From the NCBI RefSeq assembly GCF_947568905.1, contig NC_079171.1, positions 59,582,001 to 59,646,000 of the forward strand: a stretch of DNA of 64,000 bases, in the 5' to 3' direction. A program made the translations under genes and the position numbers. Shown piece by piece: positions 38,260-52,600 of this stretch; position 1 is the first letter of the stretch, and each line of letters begins with the position of its first letter. Source of the DNA: Ostrea edulis. Taxonomy: Eukaryota. A model generated the notes under the pieces. It had not been told where the DNA came from. It was given only the letters and a program-made list of their open reading frames with translations, and did not search any database.

Positions 38260-41200
38260 CTACAACAGGAATTTGAAAAATGAAAGGTTTAAAGGTTTTT
38301 AAAAAGAGAAAGAAAAAAAATATCCTTATCATCAGTTTTTTTTTTTCGTTAATCTCAACAAGTTTCCTAAATGTAGAAGACTTTCATAACTTGAATATTC
38401 ATTACCACGAGCTCTAATGAAATAGTTCTATATGTTAAAGATCCCAGTTTGCAACAAGAACTTCTAAACTGTATAGCTTTTGTGTTTTGTTTTTGTTTTT
38501 GTTTTACCATCTTTGTGATGACCTCTGTTCTTCTAATCTGTATTTGCCTGACCGTTGTAAAAATGTCCACTTCTCCGTTAATACGAAGCTGTTGTAGGGC
38601 GTTGTGTAAAACACAGAAAATCCCTGCTGGTCCAGCACCATCGCTTCAAGAAGCAAACAAATTGAAATAACTAAAAAAATAAATCACAAGAAAATAAAAG
38701 GAAAACATAAAGTGTATTTTCTCAATGAAAAGTCCACATATAAACCGGTATCCATTTACTACCATATGCTGTATATGCCTTTCAATTGGTTTCTTATATA
38801 ATATGTTATATTATAGGTTATATTATATATGATCGGTTTTCAAATGTGTGTTCCTTCACGGAGTTACATGTATGGTCTGGATCTTCACATTCCCATGTGC
38901 AGCATTGTGCACTTTATATTTTAGCTGAATTCACAGGGAATTTAAACAAAACACGTACTTGCTGATTACGACAGAAGTAAACGTTGGGTTCTTCTCAATT
39001 TCTAAAAGTAGCTCAACCCCCTTTAGAACAGCAATGTCGCATTCAAATGGTACCTGGTAGATATCCATTTTCCTCGTCTCCTCCTAATTAAAAATTAAGA
39101 CAAATCCTTGAAGACTTTGAATTCCAAGATTGTGCTAGATTTGCTATAATGTAAAACTTATACGGTACCAATTTTGATGCACCAGATGCACATTTCGACA
39201 AACAATGTCTCTTCAGTGATGCTCAACCGAAATGTTTGAAATCCGAAATAACTATGAAGTTAATAATATACTGTCTTGTTTTAGAATATATTTTATAATA
39301 TATTGATGTGTACATATGGCTAATTTGCATCTAATTTCCTGTTTACAGGCATGAACAATCAAATTAATTCTGACATTCTATTCCGTTCACAAGCGCAGAC
39401 AATTGAGGCAACATGAGTGGCTTGCGTTTCATATGATGATATGTACCCGTCAACCCCATGGGATGAGGTATTTTAGTGATATTACCAATAAGGTATACGA
39501 TGCAATAATGTACAATCAAATAGTAAAACCTTTTCTAGAGGTTCAATATACCTGTTTTCTTTAAAACGTTACGTAACGTACATTGTTTGAAATAACCAGC
39601 CTATCTTGATTTACGTCATCCATTCTGCTTCCTGTATTGCCGGTGGTGACAGTAAATGGCGGACAAGACAAAGATGATCCTCTTCCTGGGAGCCACTTAT
39701 TTTCCTGACGATACATTTAGTAGGATTGTAAATGCAAAACCACAACACCATGTATTTGAAAATAAACAAAACATCAGTTACAACAATAATAATGAATTTT
39801 AAAAACGCGATAGAATATATAAGTTTTATAACAGAAAAAAAAAAAAAAAAACGAAAACAAAAAATGAATAAAATAATCCCTGAAACCGTCACTTAGATGT
39901 TTTGATTAAAAGGATCCATACGCAATGACGTAAAGAATGGGTGCTGTAAGCAGTTTGGTTTTAAGTTAATTAATAGAATGAATAGCTGTCAATATCTAGC
40001 TAATGAAACCTCGTGAGGCTGATGTAGAACCACGATAGCATCAATCTCGTGGTCCATACATAATCTCCATAGATCCACCTCCGTGTCAGACAAGGGCGCC
40101 TGTGTCATGATTAATCCGGCTGCATTTGTAAATGTCTTGGATATGGTGTATTTTAAAAAAGAAATAAAGTAATTTATTTTTTTAAGTAGCAAACATGAGA
40201 CACATAATCGCTTCTGTAGAAATCATTGATGGGTTATTTTTTGTTGTTATATGAAAGGTGAAAATAACGAACAGTGATCAATCTCATAATTGTTATTTGT
40301 GGCTTTTTTAGCAAATGAATTTAAGAAAGTACCGGTAGAATAACTGCATTGATGTAGTCATTTCTTCCCTTAACATGTGATGTCAAATAAGGTCTATATT
40401 TGGACACTGCAATGGATACAATGATATTGACAACGTAAATTTGTTATGATTCTCCTAACTATATACTATTTGCAATTTGAAGTATAATTTCAGAACTGTT
40501 CAATCCAATGGCAACAATGTTTATATCCCTTCAGAGAGGATAACTGAAATTTTGAACAGAGCATTTTGGTCGGTTTTATGCAGTAGCTTGGCATAAAATT
40601 GGCTTCTGGTGGTCTCAAAGTTTGATAAAAACAGAAACGGCTATTTGACACCCGAATTTCTGTGAAGACACATTTTATTAAAACCATATGAATGGAATGT
40701 GAAATTTGATTTCGTTGGGCATGCATTTACCTGGTAAAATACTCATGCTGACATTTTTGGACTTGTTTTCGGGCAGCGTGGCTTCCTCTTTATCCGAGTC
40801 CCCATATGATGGCTTCAGTGTTGACAATGACTATAGAAAGTATGAACATTTACCATTTGTTTTTTATGTAAATTATATAACTTTAAAAAAATCCCCGTAG
40901 GAGTAATGAGCCGAATTTCACATTATAAAATGGGACAATCCGAAATGGCTTTTTCTTCCGCATCTTTTGATTTCATGACTTTTTCCTGTTTTTATTTCGA
41001 AGAGAAAAAAGAAATCGAAAACCCAAATTCTTTCATTGATAAATAACTTGTATTCTGTAAAGATTGTATTAGATTGGTAAGTGTCCCTTTAATTCATAGT
41101 TTCATATCTTTCTACCTTAAATTCTTCATACAGTTCTTGTTGATTCAATGGTGAATCATCGTTCAACAGCATATTGGCTTTCGCTGGGAAGTCAGCTTCC

Positions 41201-44200
41201 GACGTTGTGGTTCCTTTCCCTTGATACTCACATAGTAGCGCTTTATGCAGAAATACGTATTGCTCCTGAAAAAACAACAACAATTAATCATGCCATTTAA
41301 TTAATTTATTCCTCTTGTTAAACTCGATAGTTGCTAACAGCTTCATCATGTTTAACAACGTCATACCAGACCATGTTTTGATGTTAAACAAATACTATTT
41401 TATTGAGAATACCACATAATGTGTTTCTGAAGGAAAAACTATCAACATTATATCATGAATTAATCCATATATTCGGTTCGATCAGCATATGGATATATAA
41501 GTAAGTTCACTTCTTGAATGGTATTGCAGATTCTATTTTGCGAGGTTTTTTTTTAAATTGTAATCCGTTTTTTGTTTCTTACGGGGGTTTGAACCATGGT
41601 CATGCGGTCCTCCCTCATCTGTTTGACGAATTCAAAAACGTCCATTTCTCCTGTATCACGCCCCTGCCTCAGCAAGGAATCCAGACCAATATACGTCCCC
41701 GTCCTGCCAACCCCGGCACTAGCATTACATGGATGATGATTATTACAGAAACATTGAATATATAAAAAAATCAATAAGACGATAATACAATCCAATATTA
41801 GTACGTATGATATTAATATTCAAATCCAATAATGAAAAATTGATCAAATGGTGATGTTGTACACATGAAAGCTGACAATAACGGACAGCAATTAATCGCA
41901 TAATTACTAAAGCACGCAAACTTCAGAATAGCACAAACATGGATCCCTCAATATACCAGAAGTGGGCCCATTACTTTGGAGTAGTAATCATCCAATATCA
42001 ACCGGTCATATCCACCGTGAACCCGACATCATATAACGGTAAAATAAAGCGTTTATCAACATGCTGTGCTACTTTTCAATCAATCATTCAAGTATCTCAT
42101 ATTGATAAAGTTTTGTCGCCAGTTCAAAGTACTTCAAACTTCGACTAAGCATGGCGCTCAGTGTCGTAGTGGTAAAATTCGTTATCATACCAAAATACAT
42201 TGTGACTCATTCTAAGGTTATTTAAGAAAACACGATTTATACTTCTGATGTAGGACACTTAGCAAAAGATGACTTGTGATATATACATATCTTGAACGCC
42301 GGATATGAGAATCCAAATTGAACTGATTTTTTTTTTGCAAAACGAGCGCAGAACCCATATTACCAACTACATCTATTATGAAAGGTGAACATAATGAACA
42401 GTGAAAAATATAATAACTCCTATAAGCTATTCAAAATAGATGGTTGGGCAAACACATCGTACTATATATAGCTTTTAAGCGTAGATACATGAATATCAAC
42501 CTGCAGTGCACTAAGAAACAAGATTCAGACTGAGATTTCTTGATGACAGATCTATGAAATTGAACCAATCCAAGCTCTTCTGGGGTACCGTGATCTGGCC
42601 AGGCGTTGTAGTGGAACTGGAAGACAGTCTTCTTGTTCGGTGACTGATAAAGTAAGCAACGTTTACTTATTATCAAAATTGTTTAAATGCATTCATTGTC
42701 ATCGATTACATCGCTCTATAACATTTAAAATGTTTTTTAAAGAAATGTGACATCGATTCTTTACTACATTAGCATTAAGAATAAATCATATAAGTGCTTG
42801 TTTTTTGTTTTTCATTTGAACTTACATTTTTCTTCTTAACCGACATTTTGCGTACAGTATAAAATGCATAGGTAGTTTCCTCCAAGAGGGCAATTCTACA
42901 TTGACCTATATCTAAAGGTTTATCTGCGTCTGGCCAATATTTAATACATTTGGTCTGAAAGAAAATGTGACATATGAAAGGTGAAGATAACGAGCAGTAA
43001 TCAATTTCAAAATTCCTAACTCATATCTTATTAATTATGAAACATTGAAAGCCGCAACTGTTAAGTTGTTTATCTTAACCTTGAGCATAAATTCGGAAAA
43101 TGTATCTGTGTCCTCTATTAAAACCGAGTGGCGCTTATTCAAGCACAAACCGCCCACTACTGGTATTTGGTTAAGGTACATGATCGAATATCTATAAACA
43201 TTATCGTAAACCCCGAAAATCGTCCGTCTTTGTATTTAGACAAAATGTCATCACAACGACAACAGTATGGGATAGACAATCGTGGTCCCTCTGACTGATT
43301 CCGTTACACTACACCTATATTTCATAAATTTTGGATGTGATTAGTGTAGAGATATGCATCAATGTATTACATTTCTACGCCGTGATTACCTGATTACTCT
43401 TTTCCGGGTCGCGTTTAAAGACGGACACAGGGAACTTTTCCACCACTCTGTAGATTGTAAAGGATTGACTTGGAATTTTCTTAGAAATTCACTATTTGTT
43501 ATTTGTCACCGTTAATACTGATTTAATGGTCGATTTAGTGATAAAACGGATCCTGGCGGATGTTAAATCAGCAATAATGATGGCAAATAACATATGACAA
43601 TATGGTTATCCCCTGTCTAATTCAATTGTATATTTTAGCTTATGTTTACACTTTTTCGTTTTTGTTTATGAAACATTTATTCTCGACGCTAATGTTTTCT
43701 GTCATTGCGTTTTCACGTCAAATTAGAAAGCTGTCCGTCTCGCTAAACTTCTAATAAAATAATTTGCATATTGAATTATTGATCAGAATATAGGGTTCAC
43801 GACGGGTGTGACCGGTCGACAGGGGATGCTTCTTCCTCCTAGGCACCTGATCTCACCTCCAGTGGGTCCAGGGGTCCGTGTTCGCCCAACTATCTAACTT
43901 CTATTGTTTAAAGGAGTGATGAGATCGATCACTGTTCGCTATCTTCACCTTTCATGCATTATTAAAGTTTAAATTCTAAAACAAATATTACATTATAATT
44001 CCATTTTTAAAATAAGCAAATAGAGACACTTAAATCCTTCCAACTGTTCGCATGCTTTTCAATTTCCAAACGATTTTGTTTTGTTGACGTGTATGTAAAA
44101 ACCTTTTGTCACGATTATAAATGCAAATACAAAAACACTTCTATTTCCACTTGTAAACTATTCAACTTTCTAATAACGCGGCATTAAAATATCACTTTCA

Positions 44201-46611
44201 TTGATCCTTGCAACACGTTTATTTAAAAAAAGACGGCGACATCAAACTTTTATCAGTAAGTCACGCCTACGTCGAAAATAAATGCTCGGTCAGTAGTTGT
44301 TATATTCTGTTGGAATAGCAAAGTCATTATTACTTATATACTATAATGCCTTACAACACAATTTCCATCCATGGTTTCTTTTACAAAAATACCCTTTTGT
44401 ATTGTATATGAATGAATTATAAGCGCACTATTTGTTCCCACGTAAGGAAGACATTTAAGTATGACGTCTGAGCCACGGATTCAAAACAAAGTCAATCAGC
44501 TGTTTCTAACATATTGGGGATCTTCTCAAAAGTGAAAAGAAGACGTATGTCGAAATGCGCATCTGGTGCATCAAAATTGGTACCGTATAAGTTTTACATT
44601 ATGACCCCTGGGTCGAGGCCTCTGCTGGTGGACTGTTAGTCCCCGAGGGTCTCTACAGCCCAGTAGCTAAGTACTTCGTTACTAGCTTGAAAATACGAAT
44701 GTATATTTAATTGCTGTTATAAAATTTAGAAATTAATTTCAAAATTAAGGATTATCTCCCTCATGCATAGCTCTTATCCTTCGACGAATTTGGTTCCACT
44801 TTTTTTGGCACGCTGTTTTTGGCTATATTTAGCTCCAAAACTTCATAGTTATTTTGGATTTCAAACATTTCGGTTTAGCATCACTGAAGAGACATTATTT
44901 GTCGAAATACGCATTTGATGCATCAAAATTGGTACCGTATAAGTTTTACATGAGATAAATAGAACATATGTAATTGCGTCTTTTGCTATTTGGTTTATCC
45001 AACTCGTTGATATAATGGTTTCTTTGGATCTGAGGGCGGGAAGAATTCATGTGAGGCACTTTGGTAAGTAAATATGTTGAAATGTGTTACATTTAATACG
45101 GCTCCAGAGAAAAGAGACTGTGCTTGTTGAATGATGGGAACCGCAGCAGGTCGAGGTACTGTAGACGAGGCCTGTCCAGTAGACTGTTGATTCTTTGTCG
45201 TTGATAATAATGTGGACATCTCTTTTTGTTTTCTGATTGTAATTTCTGAGTAATCATTGATAGAGTTGACATGCTTATGGCCGGTTACTTGCATTGTGTC
45301 AGTGGGGACAATATCATTTTATCTCAGTTTCTGCACGCAATATTTTCTGGTACTAGTATTTGTTAAGCGTTTCCCAGATTCAGCAATCTCTGGACATTTT
45401 CTCTCATTTTCTCATCATTTCTCCAATAGTAATGACACCAAGTCTTTGTTTGATGACCAGTCTTTCGCGTTTTTCATTTGAAAATTGAATTCTGCGGTGT
45501 GCAATGTAAAATGGGTCAGTCGAACTAGAAAAAACGTTCTGGTCCCAGACTTGCATATGGGGTCATTTTCATTAAATTCAGTGTGCAAGATAGGAGTCAC
45601 AAAAGTATAAAATGGTTAGAAACGATAACCCTCATTACTCAAACCAAACTGTTTGTATGACGCAATTTGATTCGATGACTCGGAAAGTCAAATCGCGATA
45701 TTTTAATGTCTAGAAATGCAACTACATATGCCAGGGGAAAATAACAGTAAACGCATCGAACACTTGGCTTGCAAAGATGCACTTCTCCAAACTTATAAGT
45801 TTCATTATCCTATAGGAGTATGATATCATAGTTTGACCAAAAAAGATCATAGTCATTAAACAGATGTATCAACAATAAACATTTTTAACTTCCTTCGATA
45901 ACTACCAGTTCATTTCAATTTCAAATTCAGTACGAAATATCTTTGAAGCAAGGGTCATACAGATATTATTAGGCGCCAAGGAAATATCATGACCCCAGGG
46001 AAGGTGTTACATGTAGGATACCAACTCCATATTAGAATGATGTAAACACGTTGTGAATTTTACAACTTCGGGATTCTAACTCAACTGTGGATCCAAATTA
46101 GTCACAGCCTGTTGATATATTAGATATTACATGACAAACAAACAAGTTGATGATTCAGGGGTTTCAGCAGTCTCGATTGAAGTCAGCATTTCGCAAAATA
46201 TATGGTCGTTATAACGATCTAGTTCGCCAATAGAACCTATCACTGGGTCAACAGTTGCATGATGTGTTTCACACAGATTGCTAGGCCGTTCTTAACATAC
46301 TGATTTTGATTACGGTTAAATCCGTTTATCTTATCAAGATACATGGCTCACGTCGGATGTGACCGGTCGACAGGGGTGCTTACTCCTCCTTGGCACATGG
46401 CCCCACCTTTGGGGTGTCCAGGGGTCCGTGTTTGCCCAACTATCTATTTTGTATTGCTTATAGAAGATATGAGATTGATTACTGTTCGTTATGCAAGGTG
46501 ATTATAACGAACAGTGATCAATGTCATAAGTCCTACAAGCAATACAAAATAGACAGTTGGGCAAACACAGACCTCTGGACACACCAGGTGGGATCATCTC
46601 CATCTTTCATG

Positions 46612-46662
<51 letters not shown>

Positions 46663-49600
46663 AACTTGTTCACTAGTGTGGTAATTCTTAAGAACGTTTG
46701 TATTGAATAATAGATTTTAGCTGAAATACAAAACATAAATACAATGAGACTCCATAACCTTTGGGAGTTAAAATCCTATTCAGATGAATGTTTAGTTCAG
46801 GTTTAGACAGCATTAACTTATCGATAGGTGCTTCAGAAATTTAACCTACAAAATGCATGTATGTTTGACTCTGATATTAATAACAGCAATTGTTCTTTAG
46901 TAGTGCGGTAGTGTTTTTTTTTCTCCTGCCAATAGCTGTCTCGACACGGAAACTCCCCTCTTAAAGATGTATCCGATAAAATCAACAAAGATTATGCTGA
47001 ATATTTGGTGAAAGATTAATTAGATTATATTCATACATCTGAGTCATGGCACAGTTCACAAAACCCTGATCTAAATCGACACTGATAATTCTGATAGCAT
47101 ATGTTTCCATTGAATTAACGACATTGCTAATTATATATTTCATGAATGTATATTATTTCTGAATGAGCAACATCACACTATCATTTCACTTTGATCTAAA
47201 ATACATACCTTTCCATTTTCCACGATATTGGTGAGCATGACAATTACTTGAACGTTTTCCTGCCAAACCATTCTCCAAAAGTCTGATAAAGTATTTGTTT
47301 TTGGTCCTATATACAAAAGGGCTTTAATCAGTTATATCTGCCACAATATTTGATTTATTATGATAGTGTTTAAGTGTTTCATGCATGCATGGTTCAAACC
47401 TTATGAATGAGAACAATGTGAAAAAAGGTACAATGGTACCTTGCTTCAAGATTATTTCAAACTTGTCATTTGCACAAATTATATAGTTATGAATAGCACC
47501 ACAAGGAAACGAAAGTGTACTACATAAGATAGTGTACCAACTTAGTATTATTATGTGAAACATTATGAAAATAATGTCATTGTTGCCACTATTATGTCTT
47601 AAATAAAATAGTTACGTAGAACCATCTGTTTTACCCTACACGCAATATAATATGAAAAAAAGTTACTTGCATGTAGTATGAATGATATACGATTGTTTAC
47701 ACATAAATGCAAATTGAATGATACCTTGAGCTGCGATGTAGCGCTTTTCACCATGATAATCCTGAAATGAGATACCATGCATTAATTGCTGTCATAATTC
47801 GTACGTTCTTTTATCACTAGTTATGTTGAAATGTTGTGTAGGTTACCCTAATTGAATTACCTTGATGAAATTTGCATTGATATAATCATTGTCCAAGTCG
47901 TTCCATTTCTCTTTAAGGATAATTCTTGAATGTTCATCTAGAAGAAAGAGTATATGTGAATCTCAGTGTAAGGAGTAATGTTTACTGTGATTACGACCAC
48001 GTATACAAAATCGAGTGGTTGAGAATTACGTACAGGGAAAGGTAGTTTTGAAACGATTTTTCGCAGTGTTCTCTGCCTTTTGTGCTGCATGACAAATACT
48101 TTGATTTCCGGAAGGAAGTCTCTGAACAACAGAAGAGAATATTGGAAAAGGCCAACCAAATTGACTTTCACGGTAATAAACTTGTATATTTCCAAGTTAC
48201 TATTAATACTTCAAGTCAATATGATATAACCCAGGTACATGTAAATGCAATACGTGACGTTAAACATTTTATGCATATATTCTTGATTTACGGATTTGAA
48301 AGTACATGCCCCATTGTGTTACCAATCGGTAAATATATTTCCACGCTTGTTAGTTGAAAATAATATAAGCAGAATACCACGTGCTTCACTCAAATGGATC
48401 TACACGAAACAAAAACGACATTTTAGTACCTTGTATTCCGAAATAAATATTTTATTCTCATCATCGGCTTTTTCAGCAATGGCACGGCGAAGATCTTCAA
48501 CCTTAATACATGTGTTGATTTCGGCAATGTTATAGTAACCATTGTCATCCGCTTCAACTGTTGCAGCAAACTGAGTCTCAGACGAGTTTTCGATTCCTAA
48601 GAAAAGTTAAACATGTAGGAGTGCAAAAAATGTACGGTACCAGTTTTAAATCACCAGATGCACATTTCGACAAATAATGTCTCTTTAGTTTTGCTCAAGC
48701 CGAAATTTTGGAAAATCGAAATAAAAACTAAACTTGTATGAGCTAAAGGGAAAACTAGAGTTCCAAAAATGCAGCGAGCCAAATTCGTTCAAGAATAATA
48801 GCTATACATGAGGGAGATAATCCTTAACTTTGAAGTGGATTTCTAAATTCTATTCCAGCAATTAAATATACATTTATATCGATAAAAGTACACGTACTTC
48901 TGATTGACATTGGCATTTTATCATGAGTTTGTGAATGACACTTGTATGTTCAGTAAAATACAATAGTACAAATGCATACTATAAATACACACTAGTTTAC
49001 ATTCACAAAAAGTTCAGGGGAATTTCTAATTCTCTGGAGATAATTCTCAATTTGACAACCAGATCAATTACATTGAAGAAAGAATTAAATGGTTACTATA
49101 CTAAAAATGTGCAACTTTATCCAGTAACATTATTGAAAGTAATGCTGAAAGTGAAATCAGAAACTTGATTGATCTCACCAGTAGTGTCCGCGTATTTATT
49201 ATTTGTCTTCTTTCGGTTTGGTAACAAACTTGATATCATTCCTCCTCTGTTCTGTGATCCTTTCCCACCTCTCCGTCGTCTGTAAAGTTCATGGATTTTC
49301 ACAAATATTATACAGGTCCGGTTGCAAGACACACTGTTTTCAAACGAGGGAAAGCATACATACCTGTAAATTATTACAACTGCAATTCCAACGATAGCAA
49401 CAAGTAGAGCAGCAACAACAGTTCCAGCAATAATTCCAGTTTGTTGTGGATTATCATTTTCCATGTTTTGATCTGTCATAATACAAATTATTCGTATATG
49501 CTAAGAAATTGTATTTCAACTGAATGACAATTAATAACGCAGATTCATTACGGAATGAAAAAGGAGTGATGTTGAAAGCTATATAAAACAACGTGTATTA

Positions 49601-52600
49601 AAATTCCTAGAAAATCCTTGGATAGCACACCAAAAGACAACTGTCATTTGTCCTGCGGGCTGTATACCATCCACACGTCTTCTTGGGGACTTTTCTGTGA
49701 AACCTCTCAACAGAAACTACAATGTCAAGAGCTACAGTACCCTTTGCAAAATGATACAATGTGGAGCAAATTTTTCAACGTTAAATATGTATCACAGCAA
49801 TTCTATCCCGTTTTGTAATTTAGAAAGAAGAGATAATGGTGATTATTACTTTTTGAACGAAAAATAAATTCTGTTTCGTAAAAATATAGAAACAGGTCAT
49901 CACAATTGGTGCCGTGAAAATTCCAACAGACTGTTGGAAGACCTGATCACGATTGAATACGGAAATATTGACGATGAGGAACTCTAGCATATTTTTAGCT
50001 CAACGTCAGAATACTCGTGCGTGGAATCACAGTGGTGTTTAATAAAGTAATTATTTGGATGACTGATCACTAGATATGGATAATTCCGTTGTCCATGTTT
50101 GTTTAAGAAGCAACCGTCTGTGATAAAAAGGTAAAGATAGCGAACAACGACCAATCCCAATACGCTTATGAGCAATACAAAATGGAGTTGAGAATGTCGG
50201 CTATACCAGAAGTTATATGAAGTGCCAAGGGATGAAACACTCCTGTCGACCGGTCACATCCGTCATGGGCCCTTTATCTTGATCAGGTAAATGGCGTTAT
50301 CCGTAGTTGAAATCAGTGTGTCAAGAACGGTCTAACAATCGGTATGAAACAAGTCAGACAGCATTGGGCCCAATGATAGGTTGTAAGGCCGTTAACATCA
50401 TGAATGGGACAATACCTTTGTCATTATACAATAACTTAATAAAGTCCTTATATGGTAAATATACCCCACCTTGCGTAAAACTGAGACTTAACAGCAAGGG
50501 GTTTGTGACTTCGGTATTTTATTGGATGGAGATTTTGACACACCTACACACTATCACAATATATCATTTAAAAGAGAGGTAAATTCCATGCGAATAGTCC
50601 ATCTTCTTCTAGTCTACATTCAAGGAGTGAAAACCATGAAAACCCAGACGATTGACACCAGCAATGTTTGCATGGAACCATGGATCTTCTGAACGAATAT
50701 CCATTGAGTACAAATCTTATAATGTAGGAGTTCCTTTTGTTTGAAATGTCCATATATTATAATGGATGTATCAATCAATTGGGAAGGATTCGATCACATT
50801 ATCAATATTAAAGTGTCAATAAAAAAGTATATACCATAAACAGGTGATAGTTTAAATCAAACGATCAGAATTAAATCTACAACGAAAAGGCAAGAGCTGG
50901 CAGATTTTATATACGATGAAGAGGAACAGTTAACATATTTTCTTGATGACAGTTTGTTGACTGCACAATACACGAAATAAAATGAAGGATTTCATTCATC
51001 AATTTAGTTTTCACATCCCATACATAATGTTTGCACATTTATAAAAACTGAAATAACGAACAGTTCAAATTTCGCAAATCGTAAAAACAGTAATACAGAG
51101 TATGAAAAACACGTACCTCTGGACATTCAGAGGTATGATCAGATGCCTGGGGGGAAGTAAGCACCCCTTGTTGATTTATGCATATTGTCACAATTTTATG
51201 TTTTTTTTATTATAATTGTGATGGTGTTCCATAGTTTGTTCTCTCCATATAGTCTTTATGGAAACCTGGTCTAGGCTGGCAGAGTGGTTTGTAAATGCTT
51301 AGATGTTAGTTCCGACCATGCCGTGGAAGTGTGAAGTTGTAACATTACAATTGTTCAATTGATAGACCTGTGTGGTCAAGAGTGTTAAATGTGAGGACAA
51401 AATTTGAACATTTCGACAGCGGTGAATGTGAACTGCTTATTTTTGTTTGAGTTAGACAATCGTCGTTATAACGATCTAGTTCATCAATACAACCTATCAT
51501 TGAGTTAACTGCTGTTTGATGTCTTTCATACCGATGTTTAGGCCGTTCTTAACACTCTGATTTTGACTACAGATAACTGATCAGGATATATGGCTCATGG
51601 TGGGTGTTGCCTGTCGCCCGGGGAAGCTTACACCTCCAAGACACATGACTCCACATATGGTGGATCCAGGAGTCAGTGTTTGCCCAAATATCTACTTTGC
51701 ATTGCTTATTGAAATTATGAGATTGGTCACTGTTCGTTATCTTCACCTTTCACAATATACCCGACTTTTTCAAGTTTATAGCGGACATAGTGTATACGGA
51801 AAATTCCTGATTGCGAGTGTATAATTGTAGATGTCCAGTTGTGTATGTATTGTATGGCTAGAGCAGATGTTCGCCACTTGTATATTATGGCGAACACATG
51901 CATTTGAAGAACATTGTTGGAGAACTCATGAAATAACAGGAAATGCGTTTGCGGCTACAGAAACGTCGCGTGAATGATCGACAAAGCGTCGCCACGTAAT
52001 GAAGACTGCAAACGACTGTCGTGTAAAATGTGGTAACTCTTTAGTCAATATATTTCGTTTCACCATCCTATGTAACCGTTTTCGATTTCAAGAGACAAGT
52101 CTACTGGTATTCCTACATAAGGCAACATAAAAAGCATTCAGCTTGTACCTGGTACGCGTGGAATCGTCTGTAAAATCATATTTTTGATTGAATGATTGTA
52201 TCTTGTTTAACGTCTTGCTTGAGAATGTTTCACTCATATGGATAAGTCACCAAGACTGGTGAAGGGCTTCAAATTTAGGCCTATGATCAACGCTTACGGC
52301 CGTCATAATTTTGTTATATTGTTGTTATATTTTTTGTTATTTTTATGAGTGCTGTATATGTGCTTGCGAGTGTATGAATGTGTATGCTACTTGCAAAATT
52401 GGTGAGCACGATAATAAAGATATTTGCACATACTCTTTATCTTTCCGCAAAGAACGCTTCGTAGCGACGGATTATTTCCATGCCATTGTCACACATTGTG
52501 AAACATATATTGGACTTTTTTGTTAAAGTCAATATTTAGACTCAAAAGAATTGTGATAAAAATAAAATTGATAATCCATACTTTGAATTCGCTATTGTTA

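Noticed and set aside
49618-49818. Cys-containing ORF just upstream of the TM exon
   Set aside because: No EGF Cys spacing on either strand and no consistent splice phase.
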